Notes under the pieces: generated by a model
Seen by the model: only the letters and a program-made list of their open reading frames with translations
The model's database searches: none
What the model was told of the DNA's origin: nothing
Position numbers and translations under genes: made by a program
Part shown: positions 15,574 through 18,705 of the stretch, piece after piece
Position numbering within the stretch: position 1 is the stretch's first letter
How the letters are laid out: every line of letters begins with the position of its first letter
Origin: a virus
Lineage: Duplodnaviria; Heunggongvirae; Uroviricota; Caudoviricetes
Virus record (IMG/VR): IMGVR_UViG_2778261458_000001
Coordinates: 1 to 18,705 of that record
DNA length: 18,705 nucleotides
Strand: one strand, 5' to 3'

Positions 15574-15907
15574 TTCACCCTCCTGAGGGTTGGTGATTAA
15601 GGAGTTCTCCACGGGTGAGGTGGAGTGCGTGCGCCGGACACGGGTGAGCATCCGGCACTGACAGTTTACTGAAAGGATATTTCCCTGAAAAGTCAGACCA
15701 TAACGCGAAAGCGCACGGCGAGGTAGCTGGTTCATAGATAGCCTGTCGTTAAATTTTCGTCGACCGTGCGCTTCCGGTTGTGGCAATCCGCGAAATGGCG
15801 CGGCGGTAAGTATGGCGGGGTTATTCCTTCCCCGTTGAGGACACCGGGTTGTCAGGTTGACCATACGCTTAAGTGACAACCCCGCTGCAACGCCCTCTGT
15901 TATCAAT

Positions 15908-15958
15908 TTTCTGGTGACGTTTGGCGGCATCTGTTTGCCCATGAACTGATGTCCGCCC
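15908..15958 (+). ncRNA. dicF: DicF small RNA homolog (variant 3' half)
   Basis: TTTCTGGTGACGTTTGGCGG matches the remembered 5' 20 nt of K-12 DicF; ends in a GC-rich hairpin plus TTTTT (15959-15963); correct position between ydfC and dicB. Downstream TTTTTAAAGTGAATTTTGTGATG also matches K-12. Confidence 0.8.
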
Positions 15959-16132
15959 TTTTTAAAGTGAATTTTGTGATGCAGTGAATGCGGCTAAGCG
16001 CACGCGGAACAGTTAAAGCTAAAAACAGTGTTATGGGTGGATTCTCTGTATCCGGCGTTAATTGTTAACTGGTTAACGTCACCTGGAGGCACCAAGCACC
16101 GCATCACAAAATTCATTGTTGAGGACGCGATA

Positions 16133-16321
16133 ATGGAAACGTTATTACCAAACGTTAATACGTCTGAAGGTTGTTTTGAAATTGGTGTCACTATCAGTAA
16201 CCCAGTATTTACTGAAGATGCCATTAACAAGAGAAAACAAGAACGGGAGCTATTAAATAAAATATGCATTGTTTCAATGCTGGCCCGTTTACGCCTGATG
16301 CAAAAAGGATGCTGGCAATGA
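16133..16321 (+). CDS. dicB: Cell-division inhibitor DicB
   Basis: Internal ATG 16133 (GAGG SD) of ORF 16028-16321: METLLPNVNTSEGCFEIGVTISNPVFTEDAINKRKQERELLNKICIVSMLARLRLMQKGCWQ, 62 aa, matching remembered DicB. Confidence 0.9.
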   Translation: METLLPNVNTSEGCFEIGVTISNPVFTEDAINKRKQERELLNKICIVSMLARLRLMQKGCWQ

Positions 16322-16521
16322 ATACTACATTTGCACTTGTTCTGACGGTTTTTCTTGTTTCCGGTGAACCGGTTGACATGGTTACTGGCGTATACGGCTC
16401 AATGAAAGAATGCATGGTTGCCGCAGCGGAACAGAAAATTCCCGGTAACTGTTATCCGGTCGATAAAGTTATTCACATGGACAATAACGAAATCCCGGCA
16501 GGATTAAAAACAGCGCCGTAA
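16318..16521 (+). CDS. ydfD: YdfD-like small membrane/lysis protein
   Basis: ATG 16318 overlaps the dicB stop (ATGA); MNTTFALVLTVFLVSGEPVDMVTGVYGSMKECMVAAAEQKIPGNCYPVDKVIH..., N-terminal TM segment, resembles remembered YdfD. Confidence 0.75.
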   Translation: MNTTFALVLTVFLVSGEPVDMVTGVYGSMKECMVAAAEQKIPGNCYPVDKVIHMDNNEIPAGLKTAP

Positions 16522-16600
16522 TTAATATCCAGTTTCATTTTTATATGCCAGCAATGGCAGGGATTTGTTCACCCTTAAATCTGTAATGAGGTAAAACAAA

Positions 16601-18705
16601 ATGAGTAAAGTCTTTATTTGCGCCGCCATTCCGGACGAACAGGCAATAAAGGAAGAAGGTGCCGTCGCTGTAGCCACTGCCATTGAAGCCGGTGATGAAC
16701 GTCGCGCCCGCGCAAAATTTCACTGGCAATTCCTGGAACATTATCCGGCTGCTCAGGACTGCGCTTATAAATTTCTTGTTTGCGAGGATAAACCCGGTAT
16801 ACCCCGCCCTGCCCTCGATTCCTGGGATGCTGAATATATGCAGGAAAACCGCTGGGATGAGGAATCCGCTTCCTTTATTCCGGTCGAACCAGAATCCGAT
16901 CCGATGAACGTCAATTTTGACAAGCTGTCCCTTGAAGTACAGAACGCGGTCCTGGTTAAGTTCGGTACATGTGAAAACATCACCGTTGATATGGCGATTG
17001 ACGCGCAGGAATTACTGCAGGAAGACGTTGCTACCTTTGACGGGCATATCGTTGAAGCACTGATGAAAACGCCTGAAATTAACGCTATGTATCCGGAACG
17101 CAAACTGTTCGCTATCGGATGGGTTAAACACAAATGTAATCCGGGTGCCAAATGGCCCGAAATTCAGGCTGAATTACGTAACTGGAAAAAACGGCAGGAC
17201 GCAGAGCGCAAAGAGACTGGAAAATACACGTCTGTTGTTGATCTCGCCAGCGCCAGAGTCAATCAACAGAACACTGAAAACTCAGCAGGAAAAATCAACC
17301 CAGTCACTGCCGCCATTTGTCGCGAATACAAGCAGACATGGAAAACGCTGGATGAAGAACTGGCCTACGCTCTCTGGCCTGGCGATATTGATACCGGAAA
17401 CATTGACGGCAGCATCCATCGCTGGGCAAAAAATGAAGTTATCGACAAAGATCGCGAAGACTGGAAGCGCATTTCCGCATCAATGCGCAAACAACCCGAT
17501 GCCGTTCGCTACGACCGTCAGACTATTTTTGGCCTTGTCCGCGAGCGTCCGATCGACATTCACAAAGATCCCGTAGCACTGAACAAATACATCACTGAAT
17601 ACCTGACTACCAAGGGCGTGTTTGAAGATGACGAAGGAACAAATCAGGGCACAGCTGGTACTCTCCCGTCACCAGTACCAGAAACTGATGCAGTGGAAAC
17701 GGCAATGCCGGACAACGAAAAAACCGAATGCGAAGTGGAAGACGAACCATCTGTAGAGCGTGAGGGACCGTTCTACTTCCTTTTCACCGACAAGGGTGGC
17801 GAAAAATACGGTCGCGCAAACAAACTTTCTGGTCTGGAAAAAGCACTGGCCCTGGGAGCTACGGAAATCACAAAAGAGGAATACTTCGCACGTAAAAACG
17901 GCACGTACTCAGGTTCACAACAAAATACTGGTGCATCTGACACGATCGCACAACCAGAGCCGGTAAAAGTTACCGCTGACGAAGTAAACAAAATTATGCA
18001 GGCAGCCAATATCAGCCAGCCTGACGCCAATAAGTTGCTTGCTGTATCACGTGGTGAATTTGTTGCAGGGATTAGCGACCCGAATGATCCGAAATGGGTG
18101 AAGGGGATTGAAACCTGCGATTCAGTGAATCAGAACCAGCAAGAAACGGAACAGAACGGCCAGAAAGCGGAACAAAACAGCCCAAATGCGTTACAAAACG
18201 AGCCAGAAACGAAACAACCTGGACCAGTAGCGCAACAGGAACCGGAAAAAGTCTGCACCGCCTGCGGTCAGACCGGCGGCGGCAACTGCCCTGATTGTGG
18301 CGCGGTGATGGGCGACGCAACATACCAGGAAACATTCGATGACAAGAACCAGGTTGAAGTTCAGGAAGACGATTCGGAGAAAATGGAAGGCGCTGAACAT
18401 CCACACAAGGAGAATGCTGGCAGCGCTCAGGACCACGCCAGCGATAGTGAAACTGGCGAGACGGCAGATCCCTTAATTACGGTGAATGGTCATCACGTTA
18501 TCACATCCACCAGCAGGACGTGTGACCATCTAATGATCGACCTTGAAACCATGGGAAAAAATCCTGACGCCCCGATCATCTCAATAGGTGCAATATTTTT
18601 CGATCCGCAAACCGGAGATATGGGACCCGAATTTAGTAAGACTATCGATCTGGAAACTGCTGGCGGAGTCATTGATCGGGACACCATTAAATGGTGGCTT
18701 AAGCA
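16601..18705 (+). CDS. Large acidic prophage protein at the ydfE/recE position with C-terminal DEDD (DnaQ-like) exonuclease motif; 3' end beyond window
   Basis: ATG 16601 (GAGG SD, in-frame TAA at 16592-16594) opens a frame with no stop to position 18705 (about 701 codons, hand-translated; absent from the ORF track like other edge-truncated ORFs). Acidic low-complexity N-terminal part, CxxC...CxxC at about 18257-18304, then MIDLETMGKNPDAPIISIGAIFFD (Exo I-type motif) from 18533. Confidence 0.75.
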   Translation, partial: MSKVFICAAIPDEQAIKEEGAVAVATAIEAGDERRARAKFHWQFLEHYPAAQDCAYKFLVCEDKPGIPRPALDSWDAEYMQENRWDEESASFIPVEPESDPMNVNFDKLSLEVQNAVLVKFGTCENITVDMAIDAQELLQEDVATFDGHIVEALMKTPEINAMYPERKLFAIGWVKHKCNPGAKWPEIQAELRNWKKRQDAERKETGKYTSVVDLASARVNQQNTENSAGKINPVTAAICREYKQTWKTLDEELAYALWPGDIDTGNIDGSIHRWAKNEVIDKDREDWKRISASMRKQPDAVRYDRQTIFGLVRERPIDIHKDPVALNKYITEYLTTKGVFEDDEGTNQGTAGTLPSPVPETDAVETAMPDNEKTECEVEDEPSVEREGPFYFLFTDKGGEKYGRANKLSGLEKALALGATEITKEEYFARKNGTYSGSQQNTGASDTIAQPEPVKVTADEVNKIMQAANISQPDANKLLAVSRGEFVAGISDPNDPKWVKGIETCDSVNQNQQETEQNGQKAEQNSPNALQNEPETKQPGPVAQQEPEKVCTACGQTGGGNCPDCGAVMGDATYQETFDDKNQVEVQEDDSEKMEGAEHPHKENAGSAQDHASDSETGETADPLITVNGHHVITSTSRTCDHLMIDLETMGKNPDAPIISIGAIFFDPQTGDMGPEFSKTIDLETAGGVIDRDTIKWWLK

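Noticed and set aside
15574-15942. N-terminal 123 codons of ORF 15298-15942
   Set aside because: They lie antisense across DicF and the GC-rich precursor region with an Arg/Pro-rich translation; the strong SD and ATG at 15573 mark the likely real start.
16683-18687. Track ORFs inside the large plus-strand ORF (16683-16907, 16765-17151, 17145-17576, 17760-17966, 17773-18030, 18072-18404, 18191-18436, 18493-18687)
   Set aside because: All are alternative or antisense frames of the long 16601-onward coding frame, with low-complexity products.

Overview
This window reads as a lambdoid (Qin/Kim-like) prophage segment from an E. coli-like genome, running from the packaging end to the early-left operon. 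All calls are from reading the sequence and from remembered protein families; no searches were run. Minus-strand late region, low to high coordinates: partial Nu1-like small terminase, a lambda-like cos site with a variant cosN, a lysis cassette (two membrane proteins plus an M15-peptidase endolysin), three tRNA-like genes, an orphan beta-class DNA methyltransferase, a Q-position antiterminator candidate with a tR'-like terminator, RusA, a YdfU-like protein, Rem and a Hok toxin. Then comes an AT-rich island with an oppositely oriented esterase-family hydrolase, a lambda O/P-like replication module with iterons inside O, and a DicC/DicA immunity switch. The plus-strand dicB operon follows (ydfA, ydfB, ydfC, DicF sRNA, dicB, ydfD), ending in an open reading frame of more than 700 codons that runs off the window. 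The most novel-looking items are the esterase island, a convergent AT-rich gene pair inside the dicB operon upstream of DicF, a two-ORF cassette in the slot where Stx phages carry stxAB, and the large ORF that ends in a DEDD exonuclease motif.
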